Source: an uncultured Holophagales bacterium (lineage in GTDB: Bacteria; Acidobacteriota; Thermoanaerobaculia; Multivoradales; UBA5704). Taken from it: a stretch of DNA of 64,000 nt. The notes beneath the pieces are model-generated. The model was not told where the DNA came from and ran no database searches. It saw only the letters and a program-made list of their open reading frames with translations. How positions within the stretch are numbered: position 1 is the stretch's first letter; each line of letters begins with the position of its first letter. The position numbers and the translations under genes were made by a program. The stretch lies in assembly GCA_963844885.1 (NCBI GenBank), contig CAWJQA010000009.1, positions 78,125-142,124 of the forward strand. The letters run 5' to 3'. Positions 28,029 through 41,169 of the stretch are shown here, one piece after another.

Positions 28029-31000
28029 TCAGTTTACCTCCGCACCCTTCCTTGCATCCTTCCCAACCTCCTTCAGCCAAGCCGAGGGGAAGGGCACCGG
28101 TACCATCTCTCTCTCGGGTTTCCTGGTGCCTTTCAAACGTTCCCGGAGCTCGTCCAGCCTCTGGTGATATCTCCGCGGCATGTCCAGCCGGTCCGCCTGG
28201 TCGCACACGACGCCGGCCTTCTCCAGCGCACCTTCCTCGTCGCGGCCCTTCCGGGCTTTCAATTCGTAGGCTTCGGCGAGGTGATAGCAGTTGCTGGCCG
28301 AGCTCCAGAGCGCTCTGGCGTTTTCCAGCTCGGTGATGCTCGCGTCGGCCTTTCCGCGCAGCAGGAAGAGCCGTCCGAGGATCTCGTGATGGAGCGCCTG
28401 GTACTCGCGGCGGGAGTTGACCGGATTCACCTTTGCTATTTTCCACCGGTACAGGTCGGCCAGGAGATCCGCCCGCCGCAGGTTGGAACCCTTGCTGGCA
28501 TAAAGAAGGGCGAGGCGGAGCAGGATCTCGATCTGCATGTCGTCCGGCGGCCGCTCGTCCTTGAGCGCCGGCTCCAGGTCCGGCACCAGCCTCACGGGTG
28601 GCTCCTTCTTCGGCCGGATCGTCCCGCGGAAGGCTCTCCAGTAGGCCCGTTCGGCCTCTGGAAAGGCTCCCGCCTCGGCATAGGCCCGTCCGAGGATGAG
28701 CAGGCTCTCCACGGGCCGCGCCCCCATCCGGACGGCGATCTCCAATTGCGAAATGCCCGCGTCGCACTCCCTCAACTCGCAATGAAACCTCCCCAGCCAG
28801 TGGTGGAGGAGCGCATGGACGGCCATCTGCTGGGGAGTGAGAATCTGGCTTTCCATGATCTCCCGGATGTGGTTGAGAAACTCGAGGCCTCTTTTGAGCT
28901 CCCGCTTCCATAGCTCCGGCGAGTGGAGGTTGGAGACCTGCCGCAGCCAGTTTTCGGCCAGGTGGTTGAGGGCCTGCGGGTCCGTCAAGAGGTGCGCGGC
29001 CGTGCCGAGGGCCAGCGAGGTGTCGCTCTCCTGGGAAACCTGCTCGAAGTCCCGGAGAGCGGAGTAGGTCTCGCTCAAAGTCCACCGTCTGACCGCGCTG
29101 GCCGGCTCCTGCTGCGAGCTCTCTTCCGCGGCGGCCAGCGCCGGGATCAGCATCTCATTCTCCTTCCGGTGCTCGGCAAGTAAGAGCCATGCCCGGGCGA
29201 TGAGCGTTTGTAGCCCCTGCTTCTCCACCTGCCGGTGGTGCTTCTCGTCGAGTATCGCCTTGGCCTTGCAGAGGAGCTGGAGTGCCTCGAGAGGCTGGTC
29301 GGCTGGTCGCGGTCCTCCAGCTTCTCCCTCGCGAGCCGGATGGAAACCTGGGCGTGCGCCCATTCTCGATCGGCCTTGTCCAGCAACCTGCGCTCCTTGT
29401 GGAAGCGCCTCTCGTCGGGTTTTCCGGTTTCCAGCGCTTGGAGGAAGGCCACGACCCGTTTCATGGCTTGGAGATAATCCCTGCTCCCGCCGACCTTGGG
29501 AATGCTGCTCAATGCGGTCGAGATCCTCGGAGAGCTCGCTCAGACGGTTCACGTAGGAGTCGTCCTTGAGGAGATCCCTCAGACATTCGGCCGTGAGGAC
29601 CGTCTCTTCGTGAGGGACGGCGAAATCCAGGAAGTTACGGTAGGCGGATTGGACGCCCTCGGGGTTGTTCAGGTTGGCGTGTATCGCAGCCAGGTAGGCC
29701 CAGCGCAGGGCGCGCAGCCCGGTTCCAGGGTGTCGCCGAATGCCTCGTAGAAGGCCTCTTTCGCACCGGCCCAGTCCCGGGCCTGGAACAGCGTCTGGCC
29801 GAGGCCAAAATGGAGGTTGGGGTTTTGAGGCTGCAGGCAGAGAGCATGCCGGAAAAGGCTGGCGCTCTTGCGGCACTCGTCATCTCCGAGTTTCAGGCAT
29901 CTTGCGCGGTGAGTCAGGGCCTCGGCAAGGTTGCCCGTGCAAATCTGGGCCAGGCGCGTTCGCGCCTGGGCATCCGGCGAGTCAGGGCCGCTCCGTACGA
30001 TCTCCCGGCACAGCGATCTCCAAGCGAGGCCGGAGGCTATCCCGAAGCTCTCCAAGATCCTGCGCCAGGTTTCCTCCGACTTCGGATCGCCCTCCTCCAT
30101 CACGGTGGCCAGGCCCATGAGGTTCCAGGCCCCGGTATCCCGGGGCCGGATTCGCAGCGCTTTCTCGGCGTTGAGCCGGGCGTTCCGGAGGTCGCCCTTT
30201 TTGACGTCGCTCCTGTCGAAATGGAGCGTGGCCAGGCCGAGGTAGGGATCGAACCACTCGGGATCCTCTTCAATGGCCTGACGGAAAGCGGCCTCCGCGG
30301 AGTCGAGCTGATTGAGCTCCTTGTACACGACTCCGAGGTCGTAGTGGCACTGCGCGAACCGGTTGTCTTCGTTGCGGGAGCGGATGAACGCGCGTTCGGC
30401 CTTGCGCAGGTAGATCAGCTTGTCCTTTTCGGTTCTCCGGGTCCGGCGATACGCGCGAAGGCCCTCGGTGAAGGCGCGCACCGCCTCCCACCTGGGCGAT
30501 CCGATGTCCATTTGGCTGGTGAGCACCCGGTAGGCCATCTGCTCCACGAGGTTGTAGACGGCGGCCATCTCGGTTAGCTGGCGGTCTTCCTCGGCCAGGT
30601 CGCCGGTGCTCACGCGCCAGCTTCCTTCCTTCCCGCCGCCGGCGATCTCGGCGATGAGGACGAGCTTGTCTCCCTCCTCGTGCAGGCTGCCGGTCAGGCG
30701 CGGGCCCCAGGACCGGCCGCCGAGCGCCGAGACGATGGCGCCGACCGGAAGCGGGAAGCCGAAAACGGGGACGGTGAAGTTCGAGCCCAGCACCTCCTTG
30801 AAGTCCGCGCCCGCGTCCTGGACGCTGACGGTCAGCTCAGTCCTCTTGTCGCTCTGGGATGGTGGCAGGGCCTCGTCGATGTCCTGGTAGAGGGCTGCGA
30901 TGCTGCTCAGCTCGTTGCGGAGCCGGGCGGCGATGGCCTTGCCGCAGTCCTCCTTCCCGATCTTCGAATAGTTGGTGAAATCGGCCACGAAGAGCCGTTT

Positions 31001-31276
31001 GCGAGCCCGGACACGCAGGAACAGGACGGACCAGAGGAGCAGGATGGAGATCAGGCAGATCGTAACCTCCTTCGCGCCGTCGGAGCCTGCAACGCTGTAC
31101 AGCCACCAGCCCGCGAGGACGGTCAAAGCGATCAGCACGGCGGCTGCCGCCGGCAGCGCGCGGCGGAAGGACCGGAGGCGCCAGGCGAAGAGGGAGGCTC
31201 GCCAGGCGAGCCAGCGGAAACCGGAATGCAGCCAGGGCCGGGATGGGAAGGGGAAGAAAGGAGAAGAAGCGGCCAT
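28029..31276 (-). pseudogene. Giant TM-anchored TPR-repeat protein (~1080 codons), disrupted by three frame changes
   Basis: Strong RBS (AAGGAGGTGGATC ATG at 31276), two N-terminal TM helices, a ~200-aa unknown domain, then TPR-like repeats. The reading frame must switch near 29720 and 29500, and at an 8-bp tandem duplication GGCTGGTC x2 (29293-29308). Removing one copy restores ...EDRDQPLEALQLL... Confidence 0.75.
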
Positions 31277-31414
31277 GATCCACCTCCTTGATGGCTTCTT
31301 TTTCCATTGTGCGCAGGAGAGCTTGGGATTGCCACGCCCCACCGGGCGGGTGCCGGCGGGCCTACTGCCCACCGGGGTGGCGCGGGCCCCGAGTTTGGGC
31401 ATCGTGCATAAAGG

Positions 31415-31459
31415 CCCGGTGATCTCCACGAAGACCCGGCAGACCGCATCATCGTCGCG
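31415..31459 (+). pseudogene. 45-nt relic of a vapC-like PIN gene
   Basis: 43/45 identical to vapC 23507-23551. It encodes PGDLHEDPADRIIVA with no surrounding ORF. Confidence 0.8.
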
Positions 31460-31530
31460 TTTCCAGCTCAAGAGCCCCCGGGGGCATGCGCCCGCGGGAG
31501 CCCTCTTTCAGGCCGGTCTGGAGCTTGGGG

Positions 31531-32166
31531 TCACAGGCCGGAGCACTGGAGCTTGATCGTTGCCGGGAACTTCTTGTCGACGACGTTCGTCACGGTGCTC
31601 ATGCCGTCCGGGGAGGTGCATCGGCCGGACAGGAGGATCTCCCCGTTCACCCACCACGCGTCAGCGAGCTGGTTCATTCCGAACTGGCCTTGCAGATTAT
31701 CGAGCTCGTTCGGAGGAATGAGGCCCTGGTTCGCGGAGACGGATGTCCCGTTCGCGATGTCGAGGCAGAGCTGCTTGAAGATCTGAGGGGAGAAAGTCGT
31801 GAGGATCGCCTCCTTCTGCAGGTTCTTGACGCCGTCGCCCGGTTTGAAATCGTGAACCGTGCCGTCAGCCTGCTTCACCGTCAGGCTCTTCAGCCGCATC
31901 GCGCAGCGGGCGTCGACCTTCCACGTGCGCTTGGCGGCCTGCTCGGCGCTCCCAGCCGAGACCTTCCACATCTTGTTGGGGTCAGGGTCGGGATCGTCTT
32001 CGAGAAAGACCGTCACCACGTTGGACCCGGTGGGGACCTGGGTGAGCGTGAAGGAGTCCTTGGCGGTAAGGTTCCCCGGACCCGCGGGCGGCTGGGCCAC
32101 GGCGGCGCCGGCGCGAAGCGTGAGGGAGAGGAGGAACAGCGCGGCGATGTTGCAGATCGGCTTCAT
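31531..32166 (-). CDS. Secreted Cys-containing protein of unknown function
   Basis: 211-aa ORF with signal peptide MKPICNIAALFLLSLTLRAGAAVA. Codon usage looks coding. No recognisable domain. Confidence 0.65.
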   Translation of the reverse strand: MKPICNIAALFLLSLTLRAGAAVAQPPAGPGNLTAKDSFTLTQVPTGSNVVTVFLEDDPDPDPNKMWKVSAGSAEQAAKRTWKVDARCAMRLKSLTVKQADGTVHDFKPGDGVKNLQKEAILTTFSPQIFKQLCLDIANGTSVSANQGLIPPNELDNLQGQFGMNQLADAWWVNGEILLSGRCTSPDGMSTVTNVVDKKFPATIKLQCSGL

Positions 32167-32262
32167 GGTGAAATCCTTTCTTCCTTCGGCCCCATCGGGG
32201 CCTTCCCGGTTACGCCCTCTTGGGGGCTCAGCGTGAAGGAACGCTTCAAACCGGGAGTTTGC

Positions 32263-32364
32263 TCACCGGAAAGCCGAAGGAAAAAACAATTCTGGATAGG
32301 AGCCGATGACCTTCTGAGCTGCTTCCAGCATGTCACGGAAGAACAATTCCCAGCTACGTGACAC
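32263..32364 (-). pseudogene. Truncated HEPN (DUF86) toxin remnant downstream of the MNT gene
   Basis: GTG overlaps the MNT 3' end. The 33 codons VSRSWELFFRDMLEAAQKVIGSYPELFF... match the DUF86 N-terminus (DILEAxxxIxxY) and then stop; full-length DUF86 proteins are about 115 aa. Confidence 0.6.
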
Positions 32365-32647
32365 GGATCGACTCTGCCTCGACCAGAGGCCTTGCCCAAG
32401 ACTTAAGAGCCTTCTTCATGACGAGATCCACCGGCCGTCCCAGGTTGTCCTCCAGCCAGAACTTGACGCGCATGTACTCGGTCAAGCCCGGTGTTTCCCG
32501 GAACTCGACCAGGATGTCTACATCGCTTTCCGGTCTGGCTTCGTTTCGGGCCGTCGATCCAAAGAGATCGAGGGAGCAGACGCCAAAGCGCTCCTCCAAC
32601 TCCTGCCGGTGTGAGGACAGGAAGCCGATCACTTCGTCGCGCTTCAT
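32354..32647 (-). CDS. MNT-type nucleotidyltransferase (antitoxin of HEPN/MNT modules)
   Basis: 97 aa with the GSTARNEARPESDVDILVEF motif, which matches the GSxxRGxxxxxSDxD NTase signature. Confidence 0.85.
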   Translation of the reverse strand: MKRDEVIGFLSSHRQELEERFGVCSLDLFGSTARNEARPESDVDILVEFRETPGLTEYMRVKFWLEDNLGRPVDLVMKKALKSWARPLVEAESIRVT

Positions 32648-32752
32648 GGTTTGGGCTCCCCAGGCTTGGCTCGCTGGTGGTAGAGGGCAAGGTCGCTGGC
32701 TGGGGCCTTCTGAGCTTCCATCAGCCAAGTATATGCCGAGGCCGAGGCGTAG

Positions 32753-33085
32753 GGATCTTCCTCTCCGGTCTTTCATCTTCCCGGGAAGATGGCTCTGCTT
32801 CCCGGGAAGCCGCGCCAAGGGACAGGTCCGGCGAGACATCTTCCGCGGTAGCCGAGCGATCTTCCCGGTCCGGTGAAGCATCTTCCAGGGAAGATCAGGC
32901 CGCTTCTCTACCCTTCGGGCCATCTTCCCTGCCCATCGAGTGATCTTCCCGGTCCGGTGAAACATCTTCCCGGGAAGATGCGCCTGCTTCTCCGACCGGC
33001 GGGCCGTTTTCCCGGGAAGATGAGGCGGCTTCCGGAGAAGATGGCTCATCTTCCCCGTCCAATGCACCATCTTCTATGGAAGATG
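32753..33085. repeat. Dense array of the palindrome CATCTTCCCGGGAAGATG and its half-sites
   Basis: Perfect 18-bp palindromes at 32774-32791 and 32963-32980. Near-perfect copies at 32879-32896 and 33068-33085. At least 16 ATCTTC/GAAGAT half-sites in ~330 nt, plus a ~40-nt direct repeat (32867-32905 / 32941-32979). Confidence 0.9.
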
Positions 33086-33114
33086 AGACGTTCGCCCCGA
33101 CAAAAGGAGAGACC

Positions 33115-33600
33115 ATGATCCGCAGAAGCCTGTTCGTGCTGTTCGCCGTGCTCCTCGCCGTTCCTTCCATGGCCGCTACCATTCCGTGGACGGCCGCCGG
33201 AACGACCGCCGTGATCGACGAGACCTCGGTCCCCCTGTACGCCCTGACCCCGCCGTACCTCGGCTTCAATGCCAACAGTGTCGGCTTGATCACCGCCTAC
33301 TTCAACGTCACCGACACGTCGGGCACCGGCTTCCCGGGCTGGTCCACGCTCCAGCTCAGCTACTTCGACAACGCCGTCCCGAGCCAGGTCACGGCTGCCC
33401 TGTACCGCCTCGACAAGTGCGACGGCACCGTCCTCCAACTGTGCTTCGTCGCCAGCCCCGACTTCGCCACGAACACCTGCAACACCTGCAACTTCACCCA
33501 GGCGATCGACTTCAACCGCTACGAGTACTACATCGTGGGGACCCTCTACCGCGCGATCAACACGCTGGACCCGAAGCTCATCGCCTTGCGGCTCTATTGA
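33115..33600 (+). CDS. Small secreted protein of unknown function
   Basis: AAAAGGAGAG RBS before ATG 33115. Signal peptide MIRRSLFVLFAVLLAVPSMA. 161 aa with a CNTCNF motif. Confidence 0.65.
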   Translation: MIRRSLFVLFAVLLAVPSMAATIPWTAAGTTAVIDETSVPLYALTPPYLGFNANSVGLITAYFNVTDTSGTGFPGWSTLQLSYFDNAVPSQVTAALYRLDKCDGTVLQLCFVASPDFATNTCNTCNFTQAIDFNRYEYYIVGTLYRAINTLDPKLIALRLY

Positions 33601-33618
33601 CCGGGGCTCGGCGTCCCC

Positions 33619-35616
33619 TCACACCCGCACCCGGACCGGCAACACGACCATGGGGACGCCGATCCACTGCAGGCGGCGCTGGATGATCATCGGGGTCTCG
33701 TTGTGCAGGAGGCGCTGGAAGAAGCCCTCGTGGCGGAACACCAGCTTGCCCGTGAAGATCGTCGCCCGCGGGTAGATCTTCGAGACCTGCTCGCAGATCG
33801 CCGTCGCCTCCGAGACCACCTCCACTCCGAGGCTGGAGGCGCTGTCCGCCGGGAACCCCATCCGGCGGGCGACCCCCACGTACTGCGCCAGGGCCTCGTC
33901 CGTGCTCTTCTGGAGGTCTTCGATCTCTTCCTTTCCCTTGAAGCTGCCGGAGTCCACCACCGCCACCGAGACGAAGATGAACTGCTTGTAGAGGCCGGGG
34001 AAGAAACGGAGGATCGTCAGCAGCGTGTGGATGCCGAGGCCGCTGTAGGAGCCCACGAGCAGCACCGCCGTCGGCGCTTTCGGGTCGAGCGGCGCCTCCG
34101 TGGGCGCCCCCTTGGGCAGCGCCTCCAGGATCTCGTCGAGCTGCCGCAGCCCCTGCTTCGCGTGGTCGTAGTGGCGGTGGATGGCGAAGCAGATCAGCAC
34201 GAAGATCGAGGTGAGGACCACCGTCACCCAGCCGCCGTGGGTGAAGCGCTCCAGGACCGTGATCACCAGGATGCTCGCGCAGAGGACGAGCGCCACGACG
34301 TGCATCCCGAGATGCCGGCGCCGGCCCACCGCCTTCGGGTGCTTGCGCCAGAAGCGGGTCATGCCGAGCTGCGACAGCGTGAAGGTGAGGAACACGTTGA
34401 TCGAGTACATGTAGACCAGCGTGGTGACGTTCCCCTGGGTGTAGAAGAGCATCGCCATGGCCGCGCCGCCCATCAGCAGCACGCCGTTGCTCATCGTGAG
34501 CTGCTCGGAGAGGGAGCCGAAGCGGTGGGGGAGGTAGGAGTCCACCGCCATGTTCGCCATCACCCGCGGGCCGTCGATGAAGCCGGCCTGGGCGGCGACG
34601 AGGAGGAGCAGGCCCTCCGAGATCAGCGTCACCAGGACGAGCCAGTAGCCCACCGGCAGGGCGCCGAGGTGCCAGGTGCCGAAGGCGCGCTCGGCCAGCA
34701 CCGCGTTCATGGTCTTGCCGAGAGCCGGCGTCACGCGCAGCAGCAGGTACCCGAACAGGATGCCGCCCGCGGTCAAGGCGAGGGAGATCGACATGTAGAC
34801 CATGGTCCGCTTGCCGGTCTCCACCCGCGGCTCGCGCATGATCTGCAGGCCGTTCGAGACCGCCTCGATGCCGGTGTAGGTACCGCCGCCCATGGCGTAG
34901 GCGCGCAGGAAGATCAGCGCCATCCCGCCCATTCCGATCGTGCTCAGCCCGGTCGAGAAACCGTGGGACATCCGGGCCGAAACCTCCGGCAGGTTGTCCA
35001 CGTGGCTGAAGATGCTCCAGCCGATCAGCAGGGCGTGGGTGCCGAGGAAGACCAGGAAGACCGGCAGCAGCGCCTGGACCGACTCCTTGACCCCGCGCAG
35101 GTTCAGGGTGATGAGGAGCGCGATGGCCAGGAACTCGGCCGGCAGCTTCCAGGCGTGGAGGTCGTGCGGCAGGAAGCTGAACACCGCGTTGCCGCCCGAC
35201 GCCACGGACACCGTGATGGTCAGGATGTAGTCGACGATCAGCGCGCAGCCCGAGACCACGCCGGTCTTCGGACCCAGCAGGTGGGAGGCCACCACGTAGC
35301 CGCCGCCGCCGGTGGGGAACTGCTCGATGATGCTGCTGTACGAGGTGGAGATGATGAGGACGGTGACCGCGGTCGCGATCGCCAGGAAGCCGGCCAGGTA
35401 GACGTGCTCGCCCAGCGCCAGAAACGCCTCTTCCGGGCCGTACGCCGACGAGGACAGGCCGTCCGCGCCCAACCCGACCCAGGCCAGGAAGGCGACCAGC
35501 GACATCTTGTGGATCTGGGACGTGTCGCTGACATCCCGCCGGGCGCCCAGGAGCGCGCGCTTGATCCGCTGCGCAAGAGACTCGCCGCCGTTGGCGTCGA
35601 GCGTGGATTGGCTCAT
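33619..35616 (-). CDS. APC-superfamily permease with a C-terminal cytoplasmic domain (KimA-like architecture)
   Basis: 665 aa, with ~12 TM helices showing the APC pattern (GADGLSSSAYGPEE, GGGGYVVASH) plus a ~200-aa soluble tail. Confidence 0.85.
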   Translation of the reverse strand: MSQSTLDANGGESLAQRIKRALLGARRDVSDTSQIHKMSLVAFLAWVGLGADGLSSSAYGPEEAFLALGEHVYLAGFLAIATAVTVLIISTSYSSIIEQFPTGGGGYVVASHLLGPKTGVVSGCALIVDYILTITVSVASGGNAVFSFLPHDLHAWKLPAEFLAIALLITLNLRGVKESVQALLPVFLVFLGTHALLIGWSIFSHVDNLPEVSARMSHGFSTGLSTIGMGGMALIFLRAYAMGGGTYTGIEAVSNGLQIMREPRVETGKRTMVYMSISLALTAGGILFGYLLLRVTPALGKTMNAVLAERAFGTWHLGALPVGYWLVLVTLISEGLLLLVAAQAGFIDGPRVMANMAVDSYLPHRFGSLSEQLTMSNGVLLMGGAAMAMLFYTQGNVTTLVYMYSINVFLTFTLSQLGMTRFWRKHPKAVGRRRHLGMHVVALVLCASILVITVLERFTHGGWVTVVLTSIFVLICFAIHRHYDHAKQGLRQLDEILEALPKGAPTEAPLDPKAPTAVLLVGSYSGLGIHTLLTILRFFPGLYKQFIFVSVAVVDSGSFKGKEEIEDLQKSTDEALAQYVGVARRMGFPADSASSLGVEVVSEATAICEQVSKIYPRATIFTGKLVFRHEGFFQRLLHNETPMIIQRRLQWIGVPMVVLPVRVRV

Positions 35617-35646
35617 GACTCTAAAGAAGGTCGAAAGGCCCGCGCC

Positions 35647-35679
35647 AGAAAAAGGAAAAAGGCAGGCTCGGCCTGCCTT
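35647..35679 (-). terminator. Rho-independent terminator downstream of the initiator tRNA
   Basis: Minus strand: AGGCAGGC-cga-GCCTGCCT stem-loop followed by TTTTTCCTTTTT. Confidence 0.75.
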
Positions 35680-35693
35680 CCTGCGGATCGAAG

Positions 35694-35772
<79 letters not shown>

Positions 35773-36024
35773 TCACCGTTGCTTCGTCCCGCTTCTATCC
35801 GGAAGCGGAGGGACATCCTCGCACAACTGGCCGAGGCTGTCAACGTCCCTTGCAGGATGAACAACCGGGCGGGGGGCGGATTCATTCCAGCCCCTCAGTC
35901 GCTGGTGAAGAGCCGGCTGTAGATCCCGTCCCCCTGGTGCCTGCGCCCGCCCAGGCCACCACTCACAGACCGTGGCCGGTTCGTGGAGACGGCTGAAGTG
36001 AGCTGGATGCCGCTGCTGGCTCTG

Positions 36025-36054
36025 TTGCGTCCGAGTCGCGAGCTCGCGTATAAT
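36025..36054 (+). promoter_or_regulatory. Sigma70-like promoter with an embedded palindromic operator for the phd-like/doc operon
   Basis: TTGCGT (36025-36030), an 18-nt spacer containing the perfect palindrome CGCGAGCTCGCG, then TATAAT (36049-36054). It lies about 50 nt upstream of ATG 36104. Confidence 0.5.
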
Positions 36055-36103
36055 TTCCGAAAGGCGTGCCGAGAGTGGCGAGGGGGGCTTTTGGGGTGAG
36101 AGG

Positions 36104-36304
36104 ATGATCATGACGATACCGATCGAGCTTTCCGAATCGCAGGCGGAGAAACTTCGCGACCAAGCGCACCGGCTAGGTGTCGAGCCGCAAGCACTGGCTG
36201 CGGCGGCTGTTATCGATTTGCTGAACCGAGAGGCCCCGGACTTCGAACTAGCGGCTGATTATGTTGTTCGAAAGAACCGAGAGCTCTACAAGCGCCTCAG
36301 TTGA
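36104..36304 (+). CDS. Antitoxin partner of Doc
   Basis: 66-aa ORF immediately upstream of the doc gene, with its stop overlapping the doc start (TGATG). Confidence 0.75.
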   Translation: MIMTIPIELSESQAEKLRDQAHRLGVEPQALAAAAVIDLLNREAPDFELAADYVVRKNRELYKRLS

Positions 36305-36693
36305 TGAGGTACATCAGCCTGGCTGAGGTTGTGGAGCTCCACCGCCGCGTCATCGAAGTCTCTGGGGGTTCTCACGGAGTGCGTGATTTGGGCGCTATCG
36401 AGTCCGCCGTTGCGCAACCCCGGATGAGCTTCGGGGGCGATGAGCTCTATCCCGGTGTTGTCGAGAAAGCTGCTGCGCTGTGCTTCTCGCTGGTTAAGAA
36501 TCACCCTTTCGTGGACGGCAACAAGAGAGTCGGACATGCAGCACTGGAGACCTTTCTGGTCTTGAACGGCTTCGAGCTGAACGCAACAATAGATGAGCAG
36601 GAACATCTCATGCTGACGCTGGCCGCAGGAGGCCTGGACCGGTCGGCGCTTGTGCGGTGGATCTCAGAGCGCCTTGTCCAGACAACGGGTTAA
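36304..36693 (+). CDS. doc: Doc (death-on-curing) Fic-family toxin
   Basis: Contains the Fic/Doc motif HPFVDGNKR. About 129 aa. Confidence 0.95.
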   Translation: MRYISLAEVVELHRRVIEVSGGSHGVRDLGAIESAVAQPRMSFGGDELYPGVVEKAAALCFSLVKNHPFVDGNKRVGHAALETFLVLNGFELNATIDEQEHLMLTLAAGGLDRSALVRWISERLVQTTG

Positions 36694-36722
36694 GGCCGTT
36701 ATGTCGCGGGTGTCCGCCGGAT

Positions 36723-40489
<3,767 letters not shown>

Positions 40490-40496
40490 TCCGGCC

Positions 40497-40542
40497 TGAA
40501 AACGGCGGCGCCCCGGCGGGAAGAGTCCCGCCGGGGCGCCGC
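40497..40542 (-). terminator. Terminator hairpin between convergent ftsB and the cold-shock gene
   Basis: Perfect 16-bp inverted repeat GCGGCGCCCCGGCGGG / CCCGCCGGGGCGCCGC (40505-40542) with a 6-nt loop. On the minus strand it is followed by CGTTTTC. Confidence 0.65.
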
Positions 40543-40567
40543 GTGCTATCGCGGCACGAAGTGCAGC

Positions 40568-40774
40568 TCAGGCGATCTTCATGACGTTCTTGGCCTGGAG
40601 GCCCTTCGGCCCTTCGACCACCTCGAACGTCACCTTGTCCCCCTCGCTCAAGGTGCGGAACCCCTCGGCGATGATCGAGGCGTGGTGGACGAAGACATCC
40701 GGCCCCTGCTTCCGCACGATGAACCCGTAGCCCTTCGCATCATTGAACCACTTCACGACACCTTCTTCGGCCAT
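40568..40774 (-). CDS. Cold-shock protein (CspA family)
   Basis: 68 aa. KWFNDAKGYGFI (RNP1) and VFVHH (RNP2) motifs. Confidence 0.95.
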   Translation of the reverse strand: MAEEGVVKWFNDAKGYGFIVRKQGPDVFVHHASIIAEGFRTLSEGDKVTFEVVEGPKGLQAKNVMKIA

Positions 40775-41169
40775 ACTCTCTGCTCCTTGAAACAAATGTT
40801 TCCGTTTCGCCGCGTCACCGCGGCAACCTCCGCCCCTCAAAAGAGGGACAAGAAAACAAGGACGACAATCCTTCAACTCTACCCACGGATGGGCACACGC
40901 CATCCGGTGCTGCCACTTGGGAGCCGGCGCTCTCTCTTCCAGACGTTTCGGTTCTCATGAAGCTACTTCCGTATCTCGGAGATTGCGATGGGGTGCAGAG
41001 CTACGGGAAAGGGAAGATGGAGGCCAGGCTGGCGCTTATGTCCTAAACCATACGTCCAAACTTGGAATCATTCGTTGGCTCCATGGTGGCATCGAAGGAG
41101 GGAAAAATCAAGAGGTGGCGGACGGCAACCCGGCCGGGCGATACAATCGGGCTTTGAAGGAGGGACGGC

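Noticed and set aside
32354-33070. 238-aa ORF extending the MNT gene upstream through the palindrome array, and the plus-strand ORFs 32873-33118 and 32491-32943
   Set aside because: The HLPGKM-type repeats appear on both strands because the DNA is palindromic. The NTase family starts at MKRDEV (32647). The extension is a repeat-derived artefact.
35773-36111. 112-aa minus-strand ORF between the tRNA and the doc operon
   Set aside because: It has no RBS and a low-complexity Pro/Arg/Gln-rich translation. It overlaps the predicted phd/doc promoter, so it is probably non-coding.
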